Shown one piece after another: positions 32,566 to 45,359 of a stretch of 64,000 nt of DNA. The position numbers were made by a program, and so were the translations under genes. The DNA is from Trichechus inunguis (taxonomy: Eukaryota), in the NCBI GenBank assembly GCA_046562895.1, contig CM102154.1, positions 28,141,733-28,205,732 of the forward strand. The letters run 5' to 3'. How positions within the stretch are numbered: position 1 is the stretch's first letter; the number at the start of each line of letters is the position of its first letter. The notes beneath the pieces were generated by a model that saw only the letters and a list, made by a program, of their open reading frames with translations, ran no database searches and was not told the DNA's origin.

Positions 32566-32892
32566 CCCAAGGTACAAGCTACTATGTGGCAAAGCCAGAA
32601 TGAGGAAGTCAGAGCCTGAGCTCCTTAGACCTCTGCCTAGGCCCTGGCTATATAGCCATGGTACCTGTTGTCATTCCCACATTCTAACCTCCTTCCCCCA
32701 ACAGAGAAAGGGGCATGTTCACAATCTGACAATTTCCCACGTGAGAGAAACCGCTGCCTGGGAAAGAGGAAGCAGCATAGCTCAGGGGAACAGAACAAAC
32801 AGTATCTCAACAGTCAGCGTTTCAGTCACCAGTTTCTCCGGTTTCGACTGCAGCCCCTCTCTATTCACAAAAGCATAGAAATGTAGACTGAC

Positions 32893-33051
32893 CCATGCTG
32901 GGAAAGTGGAGCCAAGGGGCTTGGAGTATTCTCTTCTAGTGGCCTGAGAGACAGGAGCCCTGTCTTTCCTGGGGGTGGTGGGATCTTGAATATTCTGTCC
33001 ATTTGGTCCACGTGTTCTAGAAGACGGGAGGCCCCATGCTCTGCAATGAAC
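32893..33051 (-). CDS. TEP1: TEP1 coding exon 17
   Basis: Encodes FIAEHGASRLLEHVDQMDRIFKIPPPPGKTGLLSLRPLEENTPSPLAPLSQH. Donor gtcagt. Within ORF 32865-33119. Confidence 0.85.
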
Positions 33052-33904
33052 CTGACATAAATTGTAACAAAATGAATGAGAGCAGAACACCAGAGGTCAG
33101 AATCAGGAGGAGGGGGCAAAGATAGGGCTAGGGTGGGTCACCCAGTTAACTGGAGCTCCCTAAGAAGATGACCATAAGCAGTGAACGTAGACTTAAATGA
33201 GGCTGCAGAACCATAGGAGTGAAGAAATCCAGTTTCAGCCCCTTCTGCTATCCATGATTATCAAAGGCTTTCTGTTGGACCAGAGGCAACTGGGCTGGGC
33301 CAAGTTGTAAAGATTAAGGCCATCCCAGTCTGGGCTTGATCAACTCTGCACCAGCCATGAAAGCTTCCTGGAGGAGGAGGAATGTGTATGGGGCTTCCTA
33401 ACAGGAATTGAGGGCTGGTGGCATCCAGAGGAAAAGACAGGGGAGAGCACAAGTAAATGAGAAGACCAAGGGTGGAGAAAGAGACAAAGTGAGAGATTTC
33501 TGCAATTCTGCATAAATAGATGGGGTTTCTTTTAGATCAGTAATGGAACACGGGCTACAGAGAATAAATAAAATTTAAAGTTGGTCACATCACTTAAAAG
33601 TAAATAGTGCAATCTCTTGTATTTTTTCCTCTTTCCTACTGGATGTAATGCACATGTGATAGCTGGAGCTGGAGTAGCCATCTTGAACTATGAGGTAGAA
33701 GCTGAGTATTTGAGGATGGTGAAGTGGTAAGACAGAAGGTGCTTGTGTCCCTGTATCACTATGGAGCTTCTATACCTGGACAGTTATAGAAGAGGAATAA
33801 AATTCTATCTTGCTTTAGAAAAAAAAAAAGTGAATGGAGTAGAGACCACAGATAATATGTGAAAGACATTCTACAAAACCCCCAAACCCTTGTCATGTAC
33901 TCAC

Positions 33905-33964
33905 TTCAGTATCCCATCAGTACAGCCTGAGAGTGTCACGTCCTTGGGGTTCACATTTGGTAAT
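33905..33964 (-). CDS. TEP1: TEP1 coding exon 16 (60-nt micro-exon)
   Basis: ttgccag acceptor. Encodes ILPNVNPKDVTLSGCTDGILK. Donor gtgagt. Confidence 0.72.
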
Positions 33965-34272
33965 CTGGCAAAGTAAGAAGCAGCCGCTAACCATCAGAAA
34001 CAATGTCAGGAACATAGAGTCACTGCCTCCTGTCACCTTGGGGCAGACACCCGGCTTCTGCGCTTTTAATAAACTATGTTGCTGGGCTGCGGTGGACCCT
34101 CACAAAGGGATCCAGAGCTAGGCTGAAGACTTCAATGAAGGTTCTAGCACCCAAAGTGCAACGGAGGTAGGAAGGCAAAGGTGGGGAGGTGCCTGGAGAG
34201 AGATGGTGTTCTAAGCTTGGGTAGAGGTGGAAGGCCCTTCTGGCAAAGTGGAGGGAGCACACGCATCCTTAC

Positions 34273-34403
34273 ATTAAATTTGTCGTTTGTAGGAGAACAC
34301 CAACAAAGAGGCACTTGGAATTCACATGTTGCCAGAAGAGCTGTTTAGCCACATTTATCAATCTCTGATTCATAACTTGGCCAAAGAGGATGACCCTGTC
34401 CAC
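34273..34403 (-). CDS. TEP1: TEP1 coding exon 15
   Basis: Encodes VDRVILFGQVMNQRLINVAKQLFWQHVNSKCLFVGVLLQTTNL. Donor gtaagg. Confidence 0.72.
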
Positions 34404-35206
34404 CTGTGTAAGATGAAAGGGGAAGAGCTGAGACCAGGGGACGAAGGGATAGAAGAGATACTAAAGAGCTCAGAATATCAAGAGAAGAAATCTCTAAGGA
34501 CTGGGGAGAAAGGAGAATTTTGAGGGAGATGGGGAACTGCCTCTCCTGAGGGTGGTGGTATGTAAGTTACCAGGTACTTAGGATGAGAGAAACCACTACT
34601 CCCCTGACTTGGGGACATCAAGGTGGAGATTAGGGTAACAACAGTGGTGTGCTGGAGCTGGCTCATTTAGGCTCACAAGAGCAGATTGTTAAATTTTAAG
34701 GAATTTTGTGAGCCAGTTGTTAAGCACAGCCATTATTAAACATAAAACTGCATTACAATTAATACATTACATTAAAAACAAAGATAATAAACACTCAAAA
34801 GTTATCACTTCCTAACTATTTTACTACTGTCTCCTCTTGAGCTCATTTGCATCTACACACGTGAGTGATAGAAATACTATATATTGGCATGCTACAGAGC
34901 GTGTCTTCCAAACTCTGTGTTCAGTGACATCAGTTTGGCAGCTTGAAATCGGCCATGGTAGGAGTATTTACACCATGGAAATTGGCAACTGCTATTAATC
35001 AAGATTAATTTTTCTGGAGAGCTGGTTGTTCAACATTTGCCGGCACACCACTGGGTAGGGGATTTGTTGAAAATTAGCAGGGAACTGATCTGAATACTGT
35101 ACATGGTATGAATGGTCAGTTTTGAGTGGTCAAGAAATGACATGCATCAATTGTAGAGGAAAATGTGGGGGAGGACATGCTTCCTCAGGGGCTAGGCATT
35201 ACTCAC

Positions 35207-35290
35207 AGGGACCCTTTGGGCAGCCAGAGACAGCAGGTACTTTCCCAAAGTATTCAGAGGCCATTCATCTTCATCCGTCCCATCCAACTC
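35207..35290 (-). CDS. TEP1: TEP1 coding exon 14
   Basis: tttctttcag acceptor. Encodes ELDGTDEDEWPLNTLGKYLLSLAAQRVP. Donor gtgagt. Confidence 0.78.
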
Positions 35291-35468
35291 CTGAAAGAAA
35301 CGCTGCGGTTATTCAGTTGGAAGGGAGATGATCAGTAAGCAACAAATACCACAGTCTGTTCAGGATATCTTTGGAAGTGCGTATAGTCATGTCTTTACTG
35401 ATATTCAGGTTGTTCCCAGGCTGGTGTCTACTCACGTATTTTTTTGATGACAAGGGTTAGTGTCTGAC

Positions 35469-35627
35469 CTGAACTTGAGCCTGGAGCTCAATGGCAGTCT
35501 TCAGGATACCTTCATCTGCCTTAAGCACAGCTGTCTTTAGAGCGCCTTTTCCACACAGCAAAAGCTCCACCTTCTCCGCCCGAGCAATCATCATTCCAAC
35601 CAACAGCAGCACGTAGTTCAGGGGGGG
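35469..35627 (-). CDS. TEP1: TEP1 coding exon 13
   Basis: Encodes PPLNYVLLLVGMMIARAEKVELLLCGKGALKTAVLKADEGILKTAIELQAQVQ. Donor gtcaga. Confidence 0.8.
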
Positions 35628-36108
35628 CTAAATGGACAAGCACCAGGGTGAAACAGGCTCCTTTGATTTGGAACCTACCCTTGCTCTTCCAACCCTGGAG
35701 GCCAAACACCTCATTGGTGGGAGGAAGGGGAAAGGAGACAAGATGGCCAGTTAGGAGGAGATAGCTTCAGCAGCCCTAAGGGAGAGCTGCCTGGAGGCAA
35801 AAGCCGTGAGGATCCCCACCCAAAGTCAACACTGGGATGGAGTGAGGTGAAAGTGAGACATATTTTGGTGACACTCAGTACCAGCATTAAGTACCAGCCA
35901 AATGTGAAATGTTAGTATTTTGATCCACAAACAGGGTTGGAGGAAACATTCTAGGAAGTGTCCCTCGGAACCAGGGACTGACACTTGGAGGCAAATTCAC
36001 GTTGTTTAGCTCAGTTCTGAGTGCGTATCTGAGAGAACCAGGTTTGGAAACAGGATACTGCTTGGAGTCCCCAGCACCCAGCAACCCTTCCCCCTTTTTA
36101 TTGTTTAC

Positions 36109-36277
36109 CCCTTGTGGGTTGCTCTTGGGACAGAGCTTGTCTGCATCTGCATCTGTCAAGTAGATCAGGAGGGTGCGGCCTGGCAGCGGGGGCAGGCTGT
36201 GCTGCACGGACAGGTTCACAGCTGTCTCTAGGGCCTGCCGGTACCGATCCAGTATCTCACCATCATATTTCCACTGT
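36109..36277 (-). CDS. TEP1: TEP1 coding exon 12
   Basis: Encodes QWKYDGEILDRYRQALETAVNLSVQHSLPPLPGRTLLIYLTDADADKLCPKSNPQG. Donor gtaaac. Within ORF 35887-36417. Confidence 0.85.
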
Positions 36278-36954
36278 CTGCAAGCAGGAAAGACAGAGAC
36301 AGAGCGGCTCAGAGGCTCATCTGCCTGCCAATTTGAGGCAGATGGGAAGATGAGAATTTGCCACTCAAGTTCTGAGGCCCCGCCCTCCCTCCTCAAGCAC
36401 GACCATCCCCTTTCCACAGCCTGCCTCCACTGCTGGCACAGAAGACTGGGACAGAGCTTCCTTTTGTCCCCATCCTACAAGACTCTTCTAATTCTTTCTC
36501 ATGGCAGGAGAGAAGATGTCTGTAGACCCACTCTCTGCAATCACTTGCCATGCTTTACCACATTAATCCATACTTACTTCTTAAGGCAGATTTTTACTGC
36601 TACATATTTTAAAATTGTATTTTAAAGAACAAATACTAACCCTTTACAATGAAAACTGGCAATTAAAGGAGAAAGAATTGAACATTCATCCTGCTTTTCC
36701 TAAACAAACTCTACTTCAGGGTAATAAATAGTTTTAGTTGATAAGGGAAGTTCTTTTTAAAATTCCAGCTAAAAAGTACGAAGGAATGGTAGAAAATCTC
36801 CCTTTTGCAACCACTGCTGAAACAACTGGTAAAGGTCATCAATGAATGAACCAGCTTTACAGTGGAGAGATCATGCTATCACCACCTAAAACCACTGATC
36901 AATCTCAGCATCGATATGAGTGAGACTATCAGACTCTTGGGACCTCCTAAGAGC

Positions 36955-37055
36955 TACAGCCGCTCCTTGGAAATCCTATGCGGCAGTTTTAGTCTGTCCT
37001 ATAGGGTCACTATGAGTCGGAATTGACTTGACAGCAACGGGTTGGGTTTTTGTTT
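36955..37055 (+). mobile_element. AfroSINE 3' half
   Basis: Contains ctccttggaaatcctatgcggcagttttagtctgtcctatagggtcactatgagtcggaattgacttgacagcaacggg. Confidence 0.75.
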
Positions 37056-37489
37056 TTTTTTTAATAGAATATTGTATAAGGATCACCTATGAAAGATTCT
37101 TGCAAAAAAAAAAAAAAAAGCTAAATCTACATTTATTCAAGCCTTTAGAGCTAATGTCCAGAGTACATGAAACAGAGAAACATTTAAATGATGCCATGAG
37201 GGAGTAGTGAAAGCCAGAATGTGGGACACTCTACCAGGATCCCTGACCCTGGTTCACAGCAAGTCATCAGGATGAAAACAAAAGATTTTTAAAAGAGATT
37301 TAAGTGACTTAACAATCAAGTACAATGTGTAGACCTTGTCTGGATCCTCATTGGAGCAAAACTGTGAAAAGATTTTTTTTTAGATAATTGGAAAGTTTGA
37401 ATACGGACCGAATAATAGATGATTAATACCAAGAATTATTTTCTTTCTTTACATATGTACCTTTGGGCATTAGTTTTTTTGTTTTGTTT

Positions 37490-37975
37490 TTTTTTTTCAA
37501 TTTTTCTTACTGTGCTCTAGGTGCAAGTTTACAGTTCAAGTTAGTTTCTCACACAAAAATTTATACACACATTGTTGTGACCCTAGTTGCTATCCCTATA
37601 ATGTGACCACACATTCCTCCTTTCTACCCTGGATTTCCCATATCCATTCAACCAGCTCCCGTCCTTTCCTGCCTTCTCATCCTGCCTCTGGACAGGAGTC
37701 GCCCTTTTGGTCTTGTGTATCTATCTGAACTAAGAAGCACACTCTTCACAAGTATCATTTTATATCTTATAGTCCAGTCTAACCTTTGTCAGAAGAGTTG
37801 GCTTCAGGAATGGTTTTAGTTTCTTAGTTAAGAGAGAGTTCGGGGGCCGTGTCTTCCGGGGTTCCTCCAGTCTCAGTCAGACCATTAAGTCTGGTATTTT
37901 ACTAGAATTTGAGTTCTGCACCCTACTTTTCTCCAACTCCGTCAGGGACTCTCCAAGAGATTATTTTCAATTTTG
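37490..37975 (-). mobile_element. L1 3' UTR fragment
   Basis: Reverse complement of the L1 3' UTR segment around 30740-30880. Confidence 0.75.
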
Positions 37976-38956
37976 TCAGATAATATTAATGGCATTCTAA
38001 TTATGTAACACAAGTCTGTTTTTTAAGAGACATGTGCAAGGTATGAAGGGGTAAAATAAAATGTATTATATTATGTGGCAAGTGTTTTAAGAAACATCCT
38101 CAAAGAGAGAAAGAGAAAAAATGGATCAATAAAAGAAGTGTGGTAAAATCCAGATAATCATTTAACCTGGGTGACAGTTTTATAGGACTTCATTATACTA
38201 TTCCCATTACTTATGTGCAAATTTAAAATTTTTCATAAAAATTTTTTTAATCTAGAGAATTGAGTAGTCTCTATCAGTTCTGTCTAATAGAATTAAATTA
38301 CAATTAAATTCACATATTTAATTTTAAAGTATTTAGAAGCTACACTTAAAAAAGTAAAAAGAAATAAGTGGAATTAATATTACATTTTATTTCACCTAAT
38401 ATGTGTAAAATATTTTCACTTCAATATCTAATTAATGCAAAAATAATGAGATATTTTACATTCTTTTTTCATACAGTGTTCAAACTCGAGCACATCTCAA
38501 TTCAGACTAGCCACATTTCAAGTGCTCAGTAGCCACACGTGGCTACTGGCTACCATGTTGGTCAGTGAGGTATACCATTTGGACTGGCACCCTGGGCTGG
38601 ATTCTTAAATGGCCCTGTGTTCAGCCACTGATTCAGAAGACTGTCAGCCACTTGAGTCTTGCTACTATATTGACATGAATCCTGCATTTGTCTTGAGTGA
38701 AACCGAATGCAAGGTACTGGCGAAGCACCTAAAGGAACAGACAGCTAGACTTTACCAAGCCTAAGGAACAGACTGTATATCTGTCTTTGAGCCTGCTTGA
38801 TGATAACTATCTTTATGTGTGTTAAAAGAAGGCAAATGGATCAGAAAATACAAAAACAAAAACAGATGTCACAGTGAAGAAAAAAAGAACAGTGAACCCA
38901 ATAAGGCAGAGGGGACATTAGCATGCACTATGAGAAAGGAAGATGCTGCATAGATT

Positions 38957-38996
38957 CCACAATCACACACACACCCACACACATACACAAACACAC
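38957..38996. repeat. (CA)n-like microsatellite adjacent to an AfroSINE
   Basis: Reads acaatcacacacacacccacacacatacacaaacacac. Confidence 0.75.
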
Positions 38997-39207
38997 TGAA
39001 CCCACTGCTGTTGAGTTGATTCTAACTCATGGAGACGCGATGTGTTAGAGTAGATAGAACTGCTCCATAGGGTTTTCTTGGCTATAATCTTGATGGAAGC
39101 AGATCGCCAGGCCTTTCTTCCACAGCACCACTGGTTGGGTTCGAACCACCAACCTTTAGATTGACAGACTGGTGCAAACTATTTGCGCCACCCAGGGACC
39201 TCTCCAC
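38995..39207 (-). mobile_element. AfroSINE
   Basis: Contains cccactgctgttgagttgattctaactcatggagacgcg...gggttcgaaccaccaacc. Confidence 0.85.
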
Positions 39208-39460
39208 AAACACCAAAACCAATAAAATAATCACAGATAATAGAGCCCAAGCATAGATTCTGCTTCATGACTTCTTCACAGGACAATGTTCAAGACAAGG
39301 TTTGCTATTCCAGAGACAACTGGAGCCAGACAAGTCTGCGTCATCAGGGTCAATGACAAGCTTGTCTTTACAGAACAGCATTTAGGATTCCCAGATGATT
39401 CCCAAGCCCTCCCAGGATGCTGCCTATAGCCCACCCTTAGCTCCCAGATGGCACACACAC

Positions 39461-39647
39461 CTGGCCTTCTGTATTTTTAGCTTCTCCCGCTTGAGCTGCT
39501 CATACATCACAGGCATCATCATTGCTGCCCGAAGTTCCTGACAGCTTAGGTCCCGCAGCTGCCTCTGACTGGGACGTCTGTTGCCATTTCTTGAGTTTCT
39601 AATTATTATCCGCCTCATCAGTTGTGTGTTGGAAGGAAACGGCAATG
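39461..39647 (-). CDS. TEP1: TEP1 coding exon 11
   Basis: Encodes ALPFPSNTQLMRRIIIRNSRNGNRRPSQRQLRDLSCQELRAAMMMPVMYEQLKREKLKIQKAR. Donor gtgtgt. Matches ORF 39424-39645. Confidence 0.85.
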
Positions 39648-39851
39648 CTGTATGGTAACAGGTAATTATCTGAGTTAGGCAGCTTCTATTCCCTCATCTC
39701 GTCCTCCCATTGATACCTGTCCTGAGCTCCAACCCTCTCCCAATGCCATGCCCTGAGACTGGAAGGCAAGAGGCTGAAAATGCCAGTAATGCTGTCTCAT
39801 CTATTCACAGGCATGAGAGACACACAGGATTTGAAAGAAGGGAGATAATAC

Positions 39852-39942
39852 CTTTATTTCTGAGTTGAGCCTCAAGATTACCAATGGAATCATGGGCATT
39901 AAGGAATCTGAATGGAAACTGCCGACTGTGGATCACTGACTT
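39852..39942 (-). CDS. TEP1: TEP1 coding exon 10 (TROVE region)
   Basis: Encodes KSVIHSRQFPFRFLNAHDSIGNLEAQLRNK. Donor gtatta. Cross-checked against ORF 39805-40092. Confidence 0.85.
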
Positions 39943-40074
39943 CTGAAAAGCAAGGAAGGGGTCATGAGCGGAGGACCAGGAAGTATGAGGGCCATCCAGG
40001 ATCTCAGAGGACCAGGAAGATGAGGTAACTAATCTGTAAAACTTGTGGAAAATGAGGAAGGACAAAATGGATAT

Positions 40075-41615
40075 TAGAAAATACTTTAACACCTCAACAA
40101 CAAAAAGACAAATAATACAATTAAAAAATCGGCAAAGGACTCAGAGACATGCAAATCAAAACTATAATGAGATACCATCTCACCCCAACAAGGCTAGCGT
40201 TAATCCAAAATACACAAAATAATAAATGTTGGAGAGGTTGTGGAGAGACTGGAACACTTACACACTGCTAGTGGGAATGTAAAATGATAAAACAACTTTG
40301 GAAATCGATTTGATGCTTCCTTAAAAAGCTAGAAATAGAAGTACTATACGATCCAGCAATCCCACTCCTTGGAATATATCCTAGAGAAATAAGAGCCATC
40401 ACACCCATGAATAGATAATATGCACACCCATGTACACTGCAGCACTGTTCACAATAGCAAAAAGATGGAAACAACCTAGGTGCCCATCAACGGACGAATG
40501 GATAAACTACTTATGGTATATTCACACAATGGAATACTATGCAATGATAAAGAACTAGGAATCCGTGTAACATCTCATAACATGGATGAATTATGCTGAG
40601 TGAAATGAGTCACAAAAGGACAAATATTGTATGAGACCACTATATAAGAACTCAAGAAAAGGTTTAAACATAGAAGAAAACATTCTTTGATGATTACGAG
40701 GGTGAGGAGGAAGGGAGAGAGGAATTTATCAACTAGACAGTAGACAAGAATTATCTTAGGTGAAGGGAAGGATATCTCACAATATAGGAGAAGTTAGCAC
40801 AACTGGACTAAACCAAAAGCTAAGAAGTTTCCTGAACACAATCAAACACTTCAAGGAACAGTGTAACAGGGTGGGGGTCTGGGGACCATGCTTTCAGGGG
40901 ACATCTAGGTCAATTGGCATAACAAAGTTTATTAAGAAAATGCTCTGCATTCCACTTTGGTGAGTGGTGTCTAGGATCTTAAAAGCTGGTGAGCGACCAT
41001 CTAAGATGCATCAATCCACCTGGAGCAAAGGAGAATGAAGAACACCAAAGACACAAGGGAAATATTAGCCCAAGAGACAAAAGGGGCCATATAAACCAGA
41101 GACTCCATCAGCCTGAGAACAGAAGAACTAGATGGTACCCGGCTACCACAAATGACTGCCCTGACAGGGAACAACAGAGAGTCCCTGACAGAGCAGCAGG
41201 AAAGTGGAGTGCAGAACTCAAATTCTAGTAAAAAGACCAGACCTAATGGTCTGACTGAGACTGGAGGAACCTCAGAAGACATGGCCCCTGGACTCTCTGT
41301 TAATCCAGAACTAAAACCATTCTTGAAGTCAACTCTTTTAACGAAGAATAGACTGGATTATAAGACATAAAATGATACCCATGAAGAGTGTACTTCTTGG
41401 TTCAAGGAGATACACAAGACTAAATGGGCAGCTCCTGTCCAGAGGCGAGATGAGAAAGCAGAAAGGATAGGAGCTGGTTGAATGGACACAGGAAATCCGG
41501 GTGGCAAGGAGGAATGTGCAGTCACATTATAGGGATGGCAGCTAGGATCACATAACAATGTTTATATAAATTTTTGTATGAGAATCTAACTTGACCCAAA
41601 GCACAAAAAATTTTT
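40075..41615 (+). mobile_element. L1 ORF2 C-terminus plus 3' UTR
   Basis: Near-identical organisation to 29460-31195. Confidence 0.9.
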
Positions 41616-41732
41616 TTTTAAATATATAAAAATGCACAAAGGATATGAACAGACACTTCATCAAAGAAGACACTCAGGTGGCTAATAGACAACTGAGGAA
41701 AAGCTCGTGATCGTTAGTCATTTAAAAAAAAC

Positions 41733-41884
41733 CCCTTGCCGTCAAGTCGACTCTGACTCATAGCAACCCTACAGGACAGAGTAGAACTGCCTCATAGAGT
41801 TTCCAAGGAGTGCCTGGTGGATTAGAACTGCTGACCTTTTGGTTAGCAGATGCAGCTCTTAACCACTACGCCACCAGGGTTTCC
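41733..41884 (-). mobile_element. AfroSINE nested inside L1
   Basis: Contains ccccttgccgtcaagtcgactctgactcatagcaaccc...gtggattagaactgctgacc. Confidence 0.85.
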
Positions 41885-42501
41885 AGTAGCCATTAAAGAA
41901 ATGCAAATCAAAACTACAAGATATCATCTCATCCTGACAGTACTGGAACAAATAAAAAAAAAAAAACAGAAAATAACAAATGTTGGAGAGGTTGGAACCC
42001 TTATGCATTGCTGATGGGAATATAAATTGGTACAGCCACTTTGGAAAATGATATGGCAACTCCTTAAATAGCTAGAAATAGAAATACCATACAATCCAGC
42101 AATCCCACTCCTAGGAATATATCCTAGAGAAATGACAGCCATCACATGAATAGACATATGCACACCCATGTTCACTGAAGTATTATTCACAATAGCAAAA
42201 AGACAGAAACAACCTAAATGCCCATCAACAGATGAATGGATAAACAAACTATGGTGCATACACACAATGAAATATGACACAACGATAAAGAACAATGATG
42301 AATCAGCGAAACATCTCACAACATGGATTAATCTGGGGGGCATTATGCTGAGTGAAATAAGTCAATCACAAAAGGACAAATATTGTATGAGACCACTATT
42401 ATAAAAACTCAAGAAAAGGTTTACACATGGAAAAAAACAATCTTTGATGGTTGCGAGGGAGGAGAGAGGTGGGGAGGGGAAATCACTAACTAGATAGTAC
42501 C

Positions 42502-42685
42502 AAAGCCAAACCCACTGTCAGCAAGTCAATTCCAACTCATAGTGATCCCATAGGGTTTCCAAGGCTGTAAATCTCTACGGAAGCAGATTGCTACATCTTC
42601 CTCCCGCAGAGCCACTGGCGGTTTCAAACTGCCAAACTTTCAGTTAGCAGTAGATAGCTTTAACCACTGTGCCAACAGGGCCCCT
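42502..42685 (-). mobile_element. AfroSINE nested inside L1
   Basis: Contains aaacccactgtcagcaagtcaattccaactcatagtgatccc...ggtttcaaactgccaaac. Confidence 0.85.
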
Positions 42686-44048
42686 AACTAGAGAGTAGAC
42701 AAGTGTTAACTTTGGTGAAGGGAAAGACAACATACAATATAGGGGAAGTCAGCACAACCTGACCAAGACAAAGTCACAGAAGCTTCCCGGATACATCAAA
42801 CATCTTAAGGGGCCGAGTTACTGGGGCTGAGGGCTGAGGACCATAGTCTTGGGGGACATCAGGTCAACTGGCATAACACAGTTCATAAAGAAAATGTTCT
42901 ACTCCTACTTTGGTTGAGTAGCATCTGGGGTCTTAAAAGCTTGCAAGCAGCCATTTAAAACACATCTATTGGTCCCATCCTATCCGGAGCAAAGGAGAAT
43001 GAAAAAAACCAAAGACGCAAGGAAAATATTAGTGCAAAGGACTAATGGACCACAAATACCACAGCCTCCACCAGTCAGAGCCCAGAAGAACTAGTTGGTG
43101 TCCAGCTAACACCACCGACAGCTCTGATAGGGATCACAATAGAGGGTCCTAGACAAGAGCAGGAGAAAAATATAGAACAAAATTCAAATTCACAAAAAAA
43201 AAAAAGACCAGACTTCCTGGTCTTACAGAGACTGAAGGAAACCCAAAGACTATACGGCCCCCCGAACACCCTGCTAACTCAAAACTGAAGCCACTCCCAA
43301 AGTCCACCTTTCAGCCAAAGATTAGACAGGCCTATAAAACAAACAATAACACACGTGAGGAACGCGCTTCTTAGTTCAATCAAGTATATGAGACCAAATG
43401 GGCAACACCTGCCCAAAAGCAATGATGAGAAGGCAGGAAGGGACAGGAAAACTGGATGAATGGACATGGGGAACCCAGGCTAGAAAGGGGAGACTGCTGA
43501 CATATTGGGAGGATTGCAACTAATGTCATAAAACAATTTGTGTATAAATTTTTGAATGAGAAACTAATTTGTCCTGTGAACTTTCACCTAAAGCACAATA
43601 AAATTTAAAAAAAAGGATATTAGAGAAGATACCTAGAGAAAGGGGGAGAAGAATAAAGAAAATGGAAAGTCGTCATTTGAGAATATGAGAGGTAAAGAAC
43701 AAAGATGTGACAGAGGTAGCCCTGTTTCTTTTTTATCTTTTATATTCCTCTGAAGTCAGTTAAATCAACAGAAATTTCTCTTCCTGGGTAAGTCTCTGAC
43801 CTCAGAAAATAAAAATGAAAGTTCTTTTAATTCCTCATCATTTTTCAAAGAGTTAACTAAACTCCCATACCTGTTTCCCCAATCTATCTGTATCTCATCT
43901 CCATACCCGTTTACAGCCCACATGAAAATAGCTTGATGGTCATGAACCTCCTCAGCCCCCTGGAAAAGTGTGGCCTCCAGGGCAGCAACAGAATCTCCAC
44001 ACCCACCTTAGGCACTGAGCCACGTGGCTACGTGCTGCTCACACATAC

Positions 44049-44158
44049 CGCATGCTGGAGTCGCTGGAGAATCAGCTTGTGGTGTCGGGCACTGATTCCA
44101 GCTCGCAGCAGGTTGCTCAGGTTCCGCAGCATGGCCATGAAGGGAAGCTTCCCGTTGT
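44049..44158 (-). CDS. TEP1: TEP1 coding exon 9
   Basis: Encodes DNGKLPFMAMLRNLSNLLRAGISARHHKLILQRLQHA. Donor gtatgt. Confidence 0.82.
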
Positions 44159-44460
44159 CTGTGGAAGGTCAACGTAAAAGAAAACAAGGTACAACAGATG
44201 TGAAAATATAAGTACCTTCTACACTAAACAAACAAAAACAGAGAAAAAGAAGATACAAAGGGAACTTGCTCCTCCCCAACTTGATTTTTTTTTTTTAAAT
44301 CAGTGTCCTATATATGGGTTTCCACAGAGATTCCCTTGTCTGGAATGAGTTGTACAGATACTGATACAAATGAAATCACAGAGAAGGCACTATTTTTATC
44401 ATGTGTTGATAAAGGCCTGATGTATTACCTAACTACATCTGGAATATTCACCTACTACTA

Positions 44461-44640
44461 GAGCAACAGTTAAGTGCTTGGCGGCTAACGAAAAGGTGGG
44501 CGGTTTGAACCCACCCAGCTGTTCTGTGGGAGAAAGACCTGGTGATCTGCTCGCATAAAGATTAGAGCCTAGAAAACCCTATAGGGCAGTTCTACTCTGT
44601 CACACGGGATCGCTATGCATCATAATCGACCTGACAGCAC
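44461..44640 (+). mobile_element. AfroSINE (5'-truncated)
   Basis: Contains agttaagtgcttggcggctaacgaaaaggtgggcggtttgaaccc...gggatcgctatgcatcataatcgacc. Confidence 0.8.
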
Positions 44641-44856
44641 CTGACAACAACATGAGTCAATACTACTCACAACAGGCACTACTGTCCACTTTGGTGTGTA
44701 GCAATGGCACGCCTCACAAACTCAATCATTTTCAGTGCGCACAACTACCAGTAAGAAAATAAGTGTATCATGCCGTGGATTTCTAGTCAAGGTGTGAAGT
44801 ACAGAGACATGAATGGGGAAGAGAGGAATGGAATCTGATGGTCAAGATCACCCTAC

Positions 44857-45014
44857 CGATGAGCTCCTCCCAGACGGAAGCTTTGCTCCCCCCTAGGCTC
44901 AACTCTCTCTCCCAAGTCTCCGGCCGAGAGAGCTTCATGCGCTTCCCAGCTCTGCTAGAATCCCATGGCCCAGGGAGGCGACTTTGAGAAAAAAGCTGTA
45001 TGTTGGCGGGGTAT
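44857..45014 (-). CDS. TEP1: TEP1 coding exon 8
   Basis: Encodes RYPANIQLFSQSRLPGPWDSSRAGKRMKLSRPETWERELSLGGSKASVWEELI. Donor gtaggg. Confidence 0.82.
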
Positions 45015-45234
45015 CTGGGACAGAGGAAAAAGAGCTTATTATTTCAAAGCCATCTGAAAATTATGCAGAAAAGGAAAGGTGAATTAGTCAAAGGCAGTCA
45101 ATCATGTTTACAGGCCACGTCTGCCCAAGCTAATAATGTAGCTGGGGTTGAGGACCACAGGGCCTGGGGCCATGGATGTTGAAAAGTCATGGGGTTACCC
45201 AGATGGGATAAATGTTCAGGGTGTATCTTCTCAC

Positions 45235-45359
45235 CTGTAGCCCAACAGGGCCTGGACATGCTGGGCAGGTTCCTGGATATGCAATCGCTGTACCAGCTTC
45301 TTTAGGGTGAACCTTGGCTGATCCTTTTTTTTTGGTACTGCATTGTAGGCTGCCTCAAA
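45235..45359 (-). CDS. TEP1: TEP1 coding exon 7
   Basis: Encodes FEAAYNAVPKKKDQPRFTLKKLVQRLHIQEPAQHVQALLGY. Donor gtgaga. Confidence 0.8.

Larger units (their letters stand above)
41617..43625 (+). mobile_element. L1 3' end carrying two nested AfroSINE insertions
   Basis: L1 sequence is interrupted at 41733-41884 and 42502-42685 by minus-orientation AfroSINEs, then resumes. Confidence 0.85.

Noticed and set aside
41924-42343. 139-aa minus-strand ORF, and similar short ORFs at 30545-30727, 41001-41282 and 43075-43269
   Set aside because: They lie antisense within L1 3' ends, recur with the repeat and are not host genes.
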